A stretch of 64,000 nucleotides of DNA from Neophaeotheca triangularis (lineage: Eukaryota): NCBI GenBank assembly GCA_054600435.1, contig BAAIJX010000005.1, positions 744,001 through 808,000 on the forward strand, written 5' to 3'. Of this stretch, positions 45,545-57,512 are shown piece by piece (position 1 is the first letter of the stretch; each line of letters starts with the position of its first letter). The notes beneath the pieces were generated by a model that worked only from the letters and a program-made list of their open reading frames with translations, had not been told where the DNA came from and did not search any database. The position numbers and the translations under genes are program-made.

Positions 45545-47191
45545 TCATTCATTATTTCCTTCGTACGCAATCAACCCAGCCCTCTCCTTATGCTTCTTGA
45601 TGGTCTTGTGCGCCCACGCTCGAATGATATCCCTCGTCCGCTGCCCTTCGGCAACCGGCGGCGCGCCAACTTTGGCGTACTGAATTCTCTCCAACGGGCG
45701 ATCGACCGCAATCAAGTATCGGAAAAGCACGGCGATATCTTGAGTAGGCGAAGACGGGAGCTCAGTGATGAGCTTCTCGCCCTCGAATCTCTCGCGGCTG
45801 TGCTTCCAGCCCGGTTGCCACATTTCCAAGACCTCATTCATTGGTTCAGCGCAGTCGAAAGCGATGCGCACGTTGTTGGAGAGGCGTTGGTTCTGACGCG
45901 AGAGTTTGCCCTCGATTTCCTGTAGCAGCCAGTCCCATTCACGCCATTGCTCCCGAGTGTAGGGTTTGGCGCGGCGGGCGCCGTCACCTTCCCAGCCGAT
46001 GAGGAGGTTTTCGCGATAGCTGATTTGGGCCATGTGGCGGAGCAGGCGGCCCATGACGGTGACTCCGAGGGTGACGCTGCGGTTGTCTTTCCAATGGATA
46101 GCTGCAGTTTCCAGTTCGAGGTTGTACTTCTTGTCTGCCAAATATTGCAAAGCTTGCATTGTGGCCTTTCGGATCTCGTTATGGTCATAGACAACAATTC
46201 CAAGTGGGCTCCTGAAGGGTAGGCGCTTGGTGGCCAAGTCGATGAGCTCGCTTTCTTCCAACGCCAGCTTGAGCAGCTTGATCTCCTCTCCTTCGAGCTT
46301 GGTGGTGTCCACTACGTGCTTGAGATCCATCTTACGCAAGTGTTCGCTTGGCTTAATGTAGTGGCGATCAATGGCGATATCCGGGTCCACGTACGCAGTG
46401 GCGAGATCATCTCCGATGGTGGGTAGGAATGGTTCGTCAACTGATCTGGGGGAAAGCTGAGGCTCTTCAACTCCTTGACCAGCGACCTCCAACGCCTGTC
46501 TTTCGTTGCGTTGTTTTTGCAATATCGCTTGTTTCTTCACTTCACCCACGTCGACCAGGTAATGCGTGAGGATGGCGAAATCACCAACAAGGTCCGTGGG
46601 AAAGCCTTCAAGAGGGCTCACCAATTCGTCCTGTCGGTATGCAAGTCCAAATTCGTCGAGGAACGATGCCAGTACAAGCTGAATTTGCATCTGGGCCTCT
46701 CCGATAGTCGTCTCCCGCCCTTCCATGCTCAGGATCAATGTCTCAAGCTCATCTTCCATCCTCCGCAAGACTTGTCCCTCGGCATTGCTGTAGCTTCTTT
46801 CGCTGCTATGGATCACCATCGCTTCGAGTAGGCGGGTCATCACTAGCATTCGCATGACGATCTTTCGGCTGTCCATCTTGAACCCCCAGTGCAACGACTC
46901 AAGGTTGGTCTCTGCCTTGCCAGAAGCGACATAGTCGAGTGCCCGTAACAGAGAGCGGGTACCTTCCTTGGGTCGATAGGAGTATGCTCCGGTCACGCTG
47001 TCGAGTCTTGTTACTGGCTCGTTTGCATCGGCATAGGCCGAAAAGTCGTAGAATTGCGTCGACTCGATGGCACTGTCGAGAATGCCGACTTGAGATGGGT
47101 GTAGCCGGCTGCAGTCCACAAGAGCCTCCACATGAGGTGCGTGTCTGGGCCGGTTTTCGCCAAAAGGCGTATCCTGGGATGAAGAAGCCAT
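45545..47191 (-). CDS. Hypothetical protein, two copies of the same unnamed domain
   Basis: Long ORF from ATG 47191; internal repeat DCSRLHPSQVGIL..GFPTDLVGDFAILTHYLVDVG / DTTKLEGEEIKLL..LPSSPTQDIAVLFRYLIAVD. Confidence 0.75.
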   Translation of the reverse strand: MASSSQDTPFGENRPRHAPHVEALVDCSRLHPSQVGILDSAIESTQFYDFSAYADANEPVTRLDSVTGAYSYRPKEGTRSLLRALDYVASGKAETNLESLHWGFKMDSRKIVMRMLVMTRLLEAMVIHSSERSYSNAEGQVLRRMEDELETLILSMEGRETTIGEAQMQIQLVLASFLDEFGLAYRQDELVSPLEGFPTDLVGDFAILTHYLVDVGEVKKQAILQKQRNERQALEVAGQGVEEPQLSPRSVDEPFLPTIGDDLATAYVDPDIAIDRHYIKPSEHLRKMDLKHVVDTTKLEGEEIKLLKLALEESELIDLATKRLPFRSPLGIVVYDHNEIRKATMQALQYLADKKYNLELETAAIHWKDNRSVTLGVTVMGRLLRHMAQISYRENLLIGWEGDGARRAKPYTREQWREWDWLLQEIEGKLSRQNQRLSNNVRIAFDCAEPMNEVLEMWQPGWKHSRERFEGEKLITELPSSPTQDIAVLFRYLIAVDRPLERIQYAKVGAPPVAEGQRTRDIIRAWAHKTIKKHKERAGLIAYEGNNE

Positions 47192-47503
47192 CGTTACGCA
47201 AGTGAGTAACAAGTTTTGCGAGGTAAGCGATTTGGTCAATCGATGTGCATTTGCGAAGTCGAAAAGCCACCCGCAAGTAAGGCATCGCCACACTTTTGTC
47301 TATGATAGTGTCCGGATGCGGTTATTCGACAAAGCAAAGCCAGGTACATTCCAGCAACCCTGAAACCTAGCTTTCGCACAAAGAAGTGACATTATGTCGG
47401 GTCGCGTTATTCAATTCCGCCTTGGGTTTACAATGGCGTTCCAGTAGACAGAAACAGAATATCGAAGTTTTCGCATGTACCGTACATACGGCGATCTTTT
47501 GAC

Positions 47504-48730
47504 TCAAGCGTTTGGTGCGTCCTCGCCCTCTTGAGCGACGGAGGCGGTAGCGTCATCAGAGCCGCCGCCGCCGCCAAGGTTTAATCCAAAAGGTTTCCGA
47601 AATCGACCTTGCATCCAGCACCTGTACATCTTCAGTTTTCGTTGTCGATTGACCAGCATTCGCCTGTCCACGGCCAGGTTTACGACTTCAAAACTAGGCT
47701 TGGCCTCGCTCTTTCTTCCCCAGATATCCCGCAACTCACTCTTCTCAAAGAAGTAGACTCTTGTGCCATCGCCTCTGACATAGAAGTTCTCGTCCAAATA
47801 GCGCCCTTTCTTGAAGCGTACTTGAGCCAGATCGCCGCGACCGTAATCTCGAAACAGCACCTCTCCGCCGGGCTTCAACACCCGCCAAATATTCTGCACC
47901 GCTTTGTCCCATTGCTCCGGCGCCAAGGCAGAGAAGATAAATATCATGAGGACGACATCCACACTGCCCTCTTCCACCCCCGGCGGCAGGTCCTCGCTTG
48001 CAACATCCCACACATCAGCCCTCAAAACTTGTCCCTCATCCTCTTGGCTCTTGTACGCCTCTTGCGCGCGTATCACTTCTATGCCCTTCTTGCTGTAATC
48101 GCAAGCATGCACTCTCAACTTGCTGTTGGCGTTCATGTTCAAGATCGGAAAGGCCGTGTTACCCGCACCCGCCCCGACCTCCAGAACCCTGCACTCTCCG
48201 TACCCATCCTCCGTTACCTCTCCCAACACTGGAAACTCCTGCACAAGCCACTTGCGATCTTTGAAGAAGTTGGCGGCATTGTTACTGTAGAACTTATCCC
48301 ACCACTTCTCGGGTTTTTCGTTGAAACGGCGTTTGTCGAAGTCGTTGACCTGATTTTCGCGCTGAAATTCCGTTTGTGAGGCTATGAATTCGGTGTAGGC
48401 CGCATCGACCTCGACGTGATCCCAAGCGTTGTGGGCGAAGATATCGTCGCCCGCTTCAAGATAGCGAGTACCGAACTGGAAGGGATCGGTGCGTTTCTGG
48501 GTGTTGGAGGCGGAATCGGTGGCAGGTTTGCGCAGGGGCTCGATGCTTGCGGGTACGCCGTAGGTATCTTGTCCAGCATCTGTAGTCGTGGTCGAAGAGG
48601 AGTCGGTGGTCGTGTCGGGCGTATCGATTGTGACATATGATCGCATGTGCTCCATGCCTCGTGTGAGCTGCTGCTTGGGCTTCTTCTGCCGTACAGGCAA
48701 GCTCATTGGCTCAGGCTCCTCTGCAGCCAT
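47504..48730 (-). CDS. TRM140: tRNA m3C methyltransferase (Trm140/METTL2-6 family)
   Basis: HNAWDHV, WDKFY..FFKDRKWL..EFP, LEVGAGAGNT, FRDYGRGDLAQVRF, YVRGDGTRVYFF. Confidence 0.93.
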   Translation of the reverse strand: MAAEEPEPMSLPVRQKKPKQQLTRGMEHMRSYVTIDTPDTTTDSSSTTTTDAGQDTYGVPASIEPLRKPATDSASNTQKRTDPFQFGTRYLEAGDDIFAHNAWDHVEVDAAYTEFIASQTEFQRENQVNDFDKRRFNEKPEKWWDKFYSNNAANFFKDRKWLVQEFPVLGEVTEDGYGECRVLEVGAGAGNTAFPILNMNANSKLRVHACDYSKKGIEVIRAQEAYKSQEDEGQVLRADVWDVASEDLPPGVEEGSVDVVLMIFIFSALAPEQWDKAVQNIWRVLKPGGEVLFRDYGRGDLAQVRFKKGRYLDENFYVRGDGTRVYFFEKSELRDIWGRKSEAKPSFEVVNLAVDRRMLVNRQRKLKMYRCWMQGRFRKPFGLNLGGGGGSDDATASVAQEGEDAPNA

Positions 48731-49088
48731 CTCAAAAGTCGAGGCGATAAAGTACCGAATGGGGCTGGTAAGGAAAGAGAGGAGAAAATGTTATACGCAG
48801 CCTTCGACGGAGACGAAATCCTGCCCCCCACCCCCACTTCGATTGTGCCTTATCTGGCGAAAGACGGGGCTCTGCGGATCTACCCTCAGATCTAATTTCC
48901 TGCATCGGCCACGATTGGTCTAGATGATGATGACATTTCCGCTGTCAATAATGGCAGGGGTCGGGGGTACCTTATGATTTGACATGTCGTCCTCGGCAAT
49001 GTCGCATCGACTTTTCGAATCCCTTGATATACCCTCGCCCTCCTCCGTTGCAAGGGTATAACACGCATCACCAAGGGCATCCTCCACC

Positions 49089-49925
49089 ATGAAATCAATT
49101 CAGCCCCTGCGGCAGACGCTGCTCCAGCAGTCCACCTACTGCCGACCTTCAACCTCTACCTGCAGAGCAGTCTACCTCCAGACCCCCAACACCAACAGCA
49201 AGAGGACCTTCATCTCCAACCCTTTCAGCAGCAACCAACCGCAAACCCTGACAGCGACCCGCACCCTCCAATACCCGCACAAAACAATCTACGCCATAAT
49301 CTCGGACGTCTCCAGCTACAGCACCTTCCTCCCCTACTGCGCCGGGTCCACCGTAACCAAAACCTCCTCCCCACACCCCAAAACCGGCAAGACCTACCCC
49401 GAAGAAGGCAAGCTCGTCATCGGCTTCAACGGCGATGTGAGCGAAGAGTTCTGGTCCAGGGTTTACTGCGTGCCGGACACGGTTGTGGAAGCGGTCAGCG
49501 GCAACAGCGAGACGACTCTCCCGGCGGAGGAGATATCGCACCACTCGCAAAGACCCCCGGCCGGTAGCGATGACAAGACTCGCAATGCCAAGGTGCTCAC
49601 GCACTTGCTCACGCGCTGGTCGTTGAAGCCTTTCCCTTACAAGCCGCCGCCGGCGAGCGCTACCCACCCAAGTACGACGCATATGAATCACGCTGAAACG
49701 AGCGAGATCCCCGGACAGGAGAAGACTGAAGTCAGCTTGCACATGGAATTTCAGTTTGCGAACCCCGTATATGGCGCTTTGAGCCAGGCGGCCGCGCCGA
49801 AAGTGGCCGAGAAAATGATTGAGGCATTCGAGACGCGGGTGAAAGCCATCATTGAGGGACCTGGTAACGTGGGACCTACCAAGAGTAAGCTGGAGGGTGT
49901 TATTAGTAAGGGTAGTAGGCCGTGA
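49089..49925 (+). CDS. COQ10: Coenzyme Q-binding START-domain protein
   Basis: Mitochondrial presequence, IISDVSSYSTFLPYC, HLLTRW, EFQFANPVY, MIEAFETR. Confidence 0.85.
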   Translation: MKSIQPLRQTLLQQSTYCRPSTSTCRAVYLQTPNTNSKRTFISNPFSSNQPQTLTATRTLQYPHKTIYAIISDVSSYSTFLPYCAGSTVTKTSSPHPKTGKTYPEEGKLVIGFNGDVSEEFWSRVYCVPDTVVEAVSGNSETTLPAEEISHHSQRPPAGSDDKTRNAKVLTHLLTRWSLKPFPYKPPPASATHPSTTHMNHAETSEIPGQEKTEVSLHMEFQFANPVYGALSQAAAPKVAEKMIEAFETRVKAIIEGPGNVGPTKSKLEGVISKGSRP

Positions 49926-50139
49926 GTAGGCAGTGAAGCGAGAGCGTGCGGGATTTGTAAAGCAAACAATAGTGTAAAACGTTTGACTGGTTGTACAAAT
50001 AGAACGCTTCCCAGCCGCACAAACTGTTCCAACCTAGCATTCTTGAGCCGTAACAAGGGATATCCAACCAACAACACCATGCCTTGAACCAGAACGCCTC
50101 AAGTACCGTCTCCAGCGCGTGATGTTCGACTACCGATTC

Positions 50140-51129
50140 TCAGTTGTTCTGCTGCGAGTTCAAGATCCTGAGAATGGCAAGGAAAAGGTTGATCACATCA
50201 AGGTAAAGGCTGATGGCCGCAGCAATTTCCTCCTCGACCTGATAGTGGCGCATCACTAGCTGTGTGTCCACCAAGATGTAACCGCTGAAGATCAGCGCCG
50301 CGACGATGCCGTAACCCAACTCGAGGCCAGACGAGTGGGGAAAGAATGCCGCCATAAAGCCGAACAGGATGAGCACCCAGAGTGCACCGAAGAGGTATGG
50401 CATCCAGCTCGTGAAGTCGTATTTCGTCTGACAGGCGAAAAGAGTCAGAGCGACAAAGATGCCCAGCGTGAAGATGAGTGCCTCGAGCACAATCTTGGAC
50501 GAGTAGAAGGACGTGATGACGGAGATGCTGTAAGCTTCGAGAGCTGTGAAGCCGGCAAGGAAGACGAGGTTCATCGGGTATGACTTGCGCTTCTACAAAT
50601 GTGCGTCAGTAAGCCGTGTCAATCTTCGGTATCTGGTTTGGAGGACAATCTTACCCAGAATGTCAAGAGCATGAACCCGATGGCGCCGAAGAGGCTGACC
50701 CACATCATCCACTGGTTTGACTGGATCCACGACTTGTAGCCCTTCGAGAAGAACGAGACGGCGCTGAGAGCGGTTGTGAAGAGGAGCTGCACTGTGAGAA
50801 TAGCATAGACCTTGCGGATAACTGTGGTGCTGTTAGTGAAAAGCTCATGCTTCCTTACTCGTTGCCCTAATCGCATCCATCTTCGCCCTGCCCTGGCAAG
50901 CTGATTGGTGGCGCTTACATTGCATCCTTATGGGAAGAGTCGCCTCGGCGACGCTCCCGCCAAACTTGAAATCATCAGGCACGTTGTCATCCTCGTCTCT
51001 TGCTTGTCCAAGGACTGGCTCGTCGGCCTGGTATGAAGGTGGCGGTTGGCTGTATCCTTGTCCGCCGTTGCCTTGCTCTTCGAAGCTGTCGCGCGTCGGC
51101 GCCGGCTGGTATTTGGAGTTTGCCGCCAT
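50140..51129 (-). CDS. BXI1: Bax inhibitor-1 family protein (introns 50918-50822, 50654-50593)
   Basis: DDFKFGGSVAEATLPIRMQ|FIRKVYAILTVQL, KRKSYPMNLVFL, FACQTKYDF, YILVDTQL, ISLYLDVINLFL. Confidence 0.94.
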
Positions 51130-52342
51130 CGGGAGATTCCTGGTTGATTTCTGAGTACAGTCTGGTTGTGCTAATCGCTAGGTTGTGTTCGTAGGAGTTG
51201 AGACAGTATGTCGTGTTAGGAAGGCTGATGCGCCGGATGACGATGGATCGAAGGAGTACTATAGTAGTGTACTACCTAAAGTCGGCGTTTCAAAAGCTCG
51301 CTCCGACTTCAAGCCTCCGAGAGTCCCTCACCAGTCCCTCACTCCCGCTGACTACCCAGGCAGCCAGGTCGGCAGTACACATAGTACTACTCAGTAGCTA
51401 ATGAACAGCCCTACTGTAATCATTACCGGTAGTTATCGTCAGTAATTCCCAGCAGATCCCAGGCCATATCAGATCGTCTCACGCACTACAATTCACGACA
51501 ACAGCTCATGTCGAGGTAAGGTACCATGAAAAACCGTCTCGAGCACGTGCACATCAGTGGGGAAGAAGGCTTCTTCATGTATCTTGTAGAGTACCCAATT
51601 CCTAACTAGGTGCCAAGTCACCAACCACGACTAGATATCTACGACGCCCCTGCAGCTGCTGCTGCCGCCTCGCCTGCATAGCCAAGTCGATGTGCAGAGG
51701 ATATCGAGGCGTCACTACCTCCCCATTTGAGCTTTCCAACCGACTGTGGCAGTGTAAAACCTGTAGGCCAAACCACACCACGCATTGCGAGTCTTACTGT
51801 ATCCATGGCCGCCGAGACACACCAAGGGCTACGTCGCGAGCGGTATGCAATAGGTATGCATGCCTGTCGCCCGCGGCTCTAGGAGCTCGATATTCCTCCC
51901 AATGGACGAGCAAGCTTTCATCGAGCCTGAGCGTTGGTCGAGGACTTGATCTGACGGCGTCACTGGACTTGGACCGTCTTCATCTTCGAGGGACATGGTC
52001 ACGATTTTTCTCGACGTGTTAGCAAATCGATGCATTGCAGCAGTCTCCGGCAAAACTAGAATGTCCAACCGTGGTCATCTTCCTATGGCTGCGCATTTTG
52101 CTTCCGCGGTGTATGCTGATACTTCCTCGCGATCGCAATATCGGAAGCTGCAGGACCGTCTTGCTTGACGTACGCCATGACTTGAATCAATAAAGCATGT
52201 CTCGATGCTTTTCCCGTGCTCAAGGGTGCATGGCAAGAGCATAAAGAGCACCTTCGATCCTCTCTTATTGTTGTAGCATCATTAGAGTATCTCAAGTTGT
52301 CTTTCTCTCAGCGCTCATCCAACGTAACTCCGCCAATACACC

Positions 52343-53450
52343 ATGCAGACCAAAAGCCTCCTCGCCGTGGCCCTAGCGGTCATCGGCTCCACCGCGCAAG
52401 ATGACGGTAGCGACGTCGACCTCACGACCTTGCTCGCAGGCCAAGAGAGTTTGTCGAGCCTCACTGAGCTCCTTACGAGTCTGCCTGACTTGGCAAGTGA
52501 GCTCGCTTCCTTGGAGGGCATAACCATCTTCGCTCCCAGCAACGACGCAATCGCCGCGCTCTCTGATGCCGATAGCGTGACCGAGGAAATCTTGATGTAT
52601 CATGTCGTGAACAGCGAGGTACCCTCGAGCGCCGTCACCGAGGACCTTCAATTCGTGCCGACTCTGCTCGAAGCCGAAGTGACCGGCGGCCAAGTCGTTG
52701 GAGCCCAGGTGGTCGACGGCGGCGTTGTGCTCACTTCGGGCCTGAAGATGGAATCAAACGTTGTCGAAGCCGTAAGCGTGCCACCAAAACACCAGCAAGC
52801 CCATTCCCTCTCTCTAACCACCCCCCATCTAGGACCTCCAATACAACAACGGCATCGTGCACATCATCGACTCCATCCTCACCGTCCCCTCGAGCGTCTC
52901 CGAAGCCCTGGCCTACTTCAACCTCACGGCCCTAGCCGACGCCGCCACAACCGCAAACCTCGTCGAAACCCTCGACACGACCTCGGACATTACCGTCCTC
53001 GCCCCCAACGACGAAGCCTTCGCCGCCCTCGCCGGCGCCGACACATCTCCCGAAGAGCTCGCTCAAGTCCTCGAATTCCACGTCCTGCCGGCCGTCCTCT
53101 ACAGCTCCACCATCTTGGCAGGTGACGTCGAAAACGCGCCCGAGGGCTACGACATCCAAGTCACCGACGCCGGCGTGACCATAAACGGCGCCAGCGTCGT
53201 CGTCGCGGACGTCCTCGTGGCCAATGGCGTCGTTCACGTCATCGATGCTGTTTTGGATCCCATGGCCGATGAGGCGCCTCCCCAGTCTACTGCCACTGGG
53301 GCCCCCTACCCTACCGGCACCGGTGCACCCATGCCGACGGATACTGCTGGGGAACCCCTCCCGTACGATGGCGAGGGCGCTTTTGTTCGCGTTTCCATGG
53401 GCGCGGCGGGCTTGGCGGCTGGCGTTGCCGCTGTTTTGGCTGCCTTTTAG
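52343..53450 (+). CDS. GPI-anchored fasciclin protein with two FAS1 domains (intron 52772-52832)
   Basis: Signal peptide; ITIFAPSNDA, ILMYHVV, NGIVHIIDSIL; ITVLAPNDEAF, NGVVHVIDAVL; hydrophobic tail. Confidence 0.92.
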
Positions 53451-53858
53451 GAGCCTGTCAAGGGAGATTGAAATAGTGTACCGAAGCGCGGCGAGAAAGT
53501 CAATCAATATGACGAGCTGAGGAATCCCCGTGGGATTAAATAGTTTCGTATGACATCGTTTTCAAACCTTGGAAGATTCATCCGCCTAGCTGAAAGAGTG
53601 AATATATGTCAAGCAGTTCAACCGATGTAATTGTGGGTATAGTACCAAACCTTTAGAAATGTACACCTCGTTTCGACCCTGTATCCAATAGTGCCTTCTT
53701 TCGCGCCCGACCTGTCTAACGTCCGTGTGAAATGCCGTTAGATCAACCATGCGCCATGTCCGAAACCAAAAAGAGCGTTAACGCTATCATGACCACATAA
53801 ATTTCGCATCATCCTTACATCCTGCATCGCGAGCGAGAGTAATCGCGAGCGCAAAACC

Positions 53859-55364
53859 CTACCTCGCGCCCACCTCACCCGCCTCGACCTTCGCCGCCAC
53901 CTCCTGAGCCCAGACCCGCTTCTCCACCTCCAACATGTGGAAAACATACCAGAAAGTCATGGCGGTGAAAATCGCCGCCCAGACGAACGGCACGGACCAG
54001 CCAACGATGTAAGCTGGATCCTCTTTGAGGGTGAAGACTAGGATTGTAGTCAAGGTAGCCGCAGCCTGCGCGCCCACCGCCCAGAAAATCCCCAGTCGCC
54101 TTAACATGGCACGGAAAACGTGACTGGCTTCATAGCGGGCGTTAAGTCGTTGGCGAAACTCTTCACCACCGCCGCCGTCGACGGCGCAGATGTCTTCGAC
54201 GAGCGAGTAGAGGCAGGGGCGGATCTGGGAGCCTTTGGGGATCGAGGAGATACGGAAGGGCGATGGGACGTGGAAATAGCGTAGGATGTCGGCGATCATG
54301 AGTTCGGTGCCGAACCAGTAGCACATTGTCGCGACGGGCATGGAAAGGAGGCGGATCGGAGGGTCCTCTTGGGTCGAGCCGCTGGGATGGGATGTTAGTG
54401 ACCATGTTGGCTAGAGGTAGGTGGGTTGGTGGGGTTTAGCTTACTAGCAAAGCTCGATCATAATTACCAGCCAGGCAGAGCTGAAGTTCCAATGGAACCA
54501 GTCGAGATACCAGCGATTTGCGCCCAGGGGTCGGCATGTGCTGCTCTTTTTCCACAGATTCCACCATCGCATGAAATACTCAATGATTGAAACACCTCCG
54601 AGTGCGGCTGTCACGACGGAAAATACGGTGTTTGGGGATAGCCCGTACCCCCCGTACCACAGCCCAAAGTATAAACCGATTGGCATTGCTATGCTGTCAA
54701 GCGCTGTCAAGCCCCAGAAGATACAGATCGTCAATTTCCTCGTCCGAAGGGTGTAGTTGAGCGGCGGTGGGACTGGCGCAAACGAGGGATCGTTGCTGGA
54801 CTGCATAGTCTCGACACTCAACGGCTGCGGTTCGCTGGCATGGTGACCATGTTCGGCTGGATGCTCAGGCGATGTGGGAAGCGGCCCTGACGACTTTCTC
54901 CGTGTCATGGTGACGGACGGTCTACCAAAGGGTCCATCCCGACGTGTGTCAAATTCAGCGCTCGGCCTAGAGCGCCATTTCTGTTGACTGCTGTGCCTCC
55001 TTGCTCTTTCGCTCTCTTCCGCGCTGACACCTACTGGACTTGTAGGCGTTTGCGAGTCCGGCCCAGCTGGAGACGTTACGCCGCCAGGGTTCGTAACGTC
55101 TTCCTCTCTCGGCATTGGGCTTGTCGCGGGAGTCTCAAACTTTTCGTCCTGTTGCGAGGATTGTCGACGGGGTGGTTGCACCGAAGGTCTGTTGTCTATT
55201 GAATCCGTTGCCTCGGCGACTTCATGTTGCTTTGGGTCGGTCGGGAATGGTTGTTCGGCTGGACCGTCGGTGCGAGTGTCGAAGTCATGGTGTTTTGGGT
55301 CTACAGCGAGGGAGGGTCGATGGTCGGGGTTGCCGGTCTTAGATGGGCGATGATCGTGGTTCAT
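53859..55364 (-). CDS. Multi-pass membrane protein of unknown function (intron 54444-54382)
   Basis: Disordered N-terminus, PPLNYTLRTRK, several TM helices; spliced IELC|YGSTQEDPPIRLLSMP..VEDICAVDGGGG..RY.AS..FR.ML. Confidence 0.82.
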
Positions 55365-55459
55365 GTTTGGTTGCTCTCATGTAGTAATGTAAGTATCGCA
55401 AGAAGTGTGAGTCTATGATGGGGATGGATGTGTCCGGATCGAGGCGGATGACGATTGGG

Positions 55460-55750
55460 TGGGAGGGTGGTAGTGTGTAGTAGAGGGAATAAAACGAGCG
55501 AAGGGGATGGGAAGGAAGTGTAAGGTGGGTAGGATAACTAAGAGAACGAGGTAGGAGGGATGGCAAGGGAAAGGGAAAGGAAAGGAAAGTGGCAGTGGCA
55601 GTGGCAGTAGGTAGTAATTGGAAGGTAGTAAGGTAGTTAGCGTCTCGACGTTGGCAACGTAAGGTAAGGTAAAGGTTGGGGTCGAGACTCGATTCTGCCG
55701 AACGTGGAGAAAGAGTTGGGAGGGAAGTGTGGAAGTGGAAGTGGAAGAAG
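55460..55750. repeat. Purine-rich low-complexity tract with short GGAAA/GTGGCA/GTGGAA/AAGGT repeats
   Basis: Seen directly; pyrimidine-rich on the sense strand of the 55364 gene's upstream region. Confidence 0.6.
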
Positions 55751-56375
55751 GTGGACTTGCACTACTACTGAACAATAATCTAACCTCAAGGGCTTGGAAG
55801 TTAATTGAAATCTCGATGAGATCACATCCGTAGTCCAACCGTCACGGGTAGTAACCCCATCAATATCAATCAAAAATAATAATAATATCCAAGGCATGAT
55901 GGCCCATCTATTTCCATCCACCTCCACTAATATCTTACCAGCCGTGGACCCGTGGACCCTACAGTATTTTCCTCTACCTCTGCAACCTCATGCCCTTACT
56001 ACTATGTAGTATCAAGTGTCAACAAACACAGGCGGACGTTGACAGAATCTACCTACTCTTAATTATCATCAATCAACAAACTCTTCCATCAGCCTTCCAG
56101 GTTCTGCTGCAATTCATTCAAGATTCTCCCGGCAATTCAAGCCTTTTGTGACATCACAACAAGCCTGCTGCCCTGCGCCACATGAGCCCGACAAGATGCC
56201 AACGCCGCTGTTCCCGCCAGGTACGCGACGCTGTGTGACATGCGCCGAGCACCCGTGAAGACGACGACTTGGACGACCTACCTTAGTAAAAAACCTGTCT
56301 TCTCTTCCCCCCTCCGCCTAACTTACAGCACTGTAGCCTTATCTGATAACATGTGATTGTGATCGCTGTGAAGCC

Positions 56376-57512
56376 ATGCGCTTCCTCTCCGCCGTCACCA
56401 CCGCCCTCTTGGCCGCTTCCGTCTCGGCCACTAACCCTACCGACCAAACACCACTCCTCAGCCATGCTTCAGATAACCGTGGCGTATCCGCCGAGCTCTT
56501 CTCTGAACTCGAAGAATTCGCCCGCATAGTTGACATCGCCTACTGCGTCAGTCTCGGCGGCATCGGCATCCGCAAACCCTTCTCCTGCCTCTCGCGCTGC
56601 TCTGATTTCCCCACCTTCGAGCTCGTGACGACTTGGAACACGGGACCGCTGCTCAGCGACTCTTGCGGGTATATAGCGCTTGATCACGGGAAGAGGAGGG
56701 TGATAGTAGCATTCAGGGGCACATACAGCATCGCAAACACCGTAGTCGACCTCAGCACCATTCCGCAAGCTTACGAGCCGTATCCTGCATCGGACAGCCA
56801 CAATCACCTCAGATGCCATAATTGCACGGTCCACAGAGGTTTTCACACCTCATGGCTCAACACTCGCGACAAGATCCTCACATCTCTCCTCCTGCAGCTC
56901 GAGCTACAACCCGACTACACTCTGCACATGGTCGGGCACAGCTTGGGCGGGGCGGTAGCAGCGCTGGCAGCTTTGGACCTTTTAGCCCGGGACTACAATC
57001 CCATCGTCACCACTTTCGGCGAGCCGCGCATTGGCAACAACCGGCTAGTTGAATACCTAGACGAGCGATTCGACTTGAAAATACCGCAACGAGACGGTCA
57101 AAAGTTCCGCCGCATCACCCACATCGACGACCCAGTTCCTCTCCTCCCCCTGACCGAATGGGGCTACGCAATGCACGCTGGCGAGATCTTCATTTCCAAA
57201 CCCTCTTTGTCTCCGGACATTGCCGACCTAGAACACTGTATTGGCGACGACGATGATAACTGCATAGCTAGTCAAGATGCGAGCCTCACAAGCGGCGGCG
57301 AAGGAAGCAAAGTCAAGAGAGATTTGTTGGCGTCCGTGGAAGACGAGGTGCAGGACGTCTTGAACGAGCCGTGGGGCGTGCCGAGTCGGTATAAGCTATG
57401 GCAGCTGTTCTTCGCGCATAGAGATTACTTCTGGAGGCTGGGGTTGTGTGTTCCTGGCGGAGATCCGCTGGGTGGTGGCGGAAAGTATGCGTACGATATT
57501 AGGGAGTTGTGA
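56376..57512 (+). CDS. Class 3 lipase with signal peptide
   Basis: IVAFRGT, VHRGF, VGHSLGGAVA, TFGEPRIGN, RITHIDDPVPLLP, HRDYF. Confidence 0.94.
   Translation: MRFLSAVTTALLAASVSATNPTDQTPLLSHASDNRGVSAELFSELEEFARIVDIAYCVSLGGIGIRKPFSCLSRCSDFPTFELVTTWNTGPLLSDSCGYIALDHGKRRVIVAFRGTYSIANTVVDLSTIPQAYEPYPASDSHNHLRCHNCTVHRGFHTSWLNTRDKILTSLLLQLELQPDYTLHMVGHSLGGAVAALAALDLLARDYNPIVTTFGEPRIGNNRLVEYLDERFDLKIPQRDGQKFRRITHIDDPVPLLPLTEWGYAMHAGEIFISKPSLSPDIADLEHCIGDDDDNCIASQDASLTSGGEGSKVKRDLLASVEDEVQDVLNEPWGVPSRYKLWQLFFAHRDYFWRLGLCVPGGDPLGGGGKYAYDIREL

Noticed and set aside
47504..48730. Programmed +1 frameshift as in yeast ABP140/TRM140
   Set aside because: The gene is a single uninterrupted ORF here.
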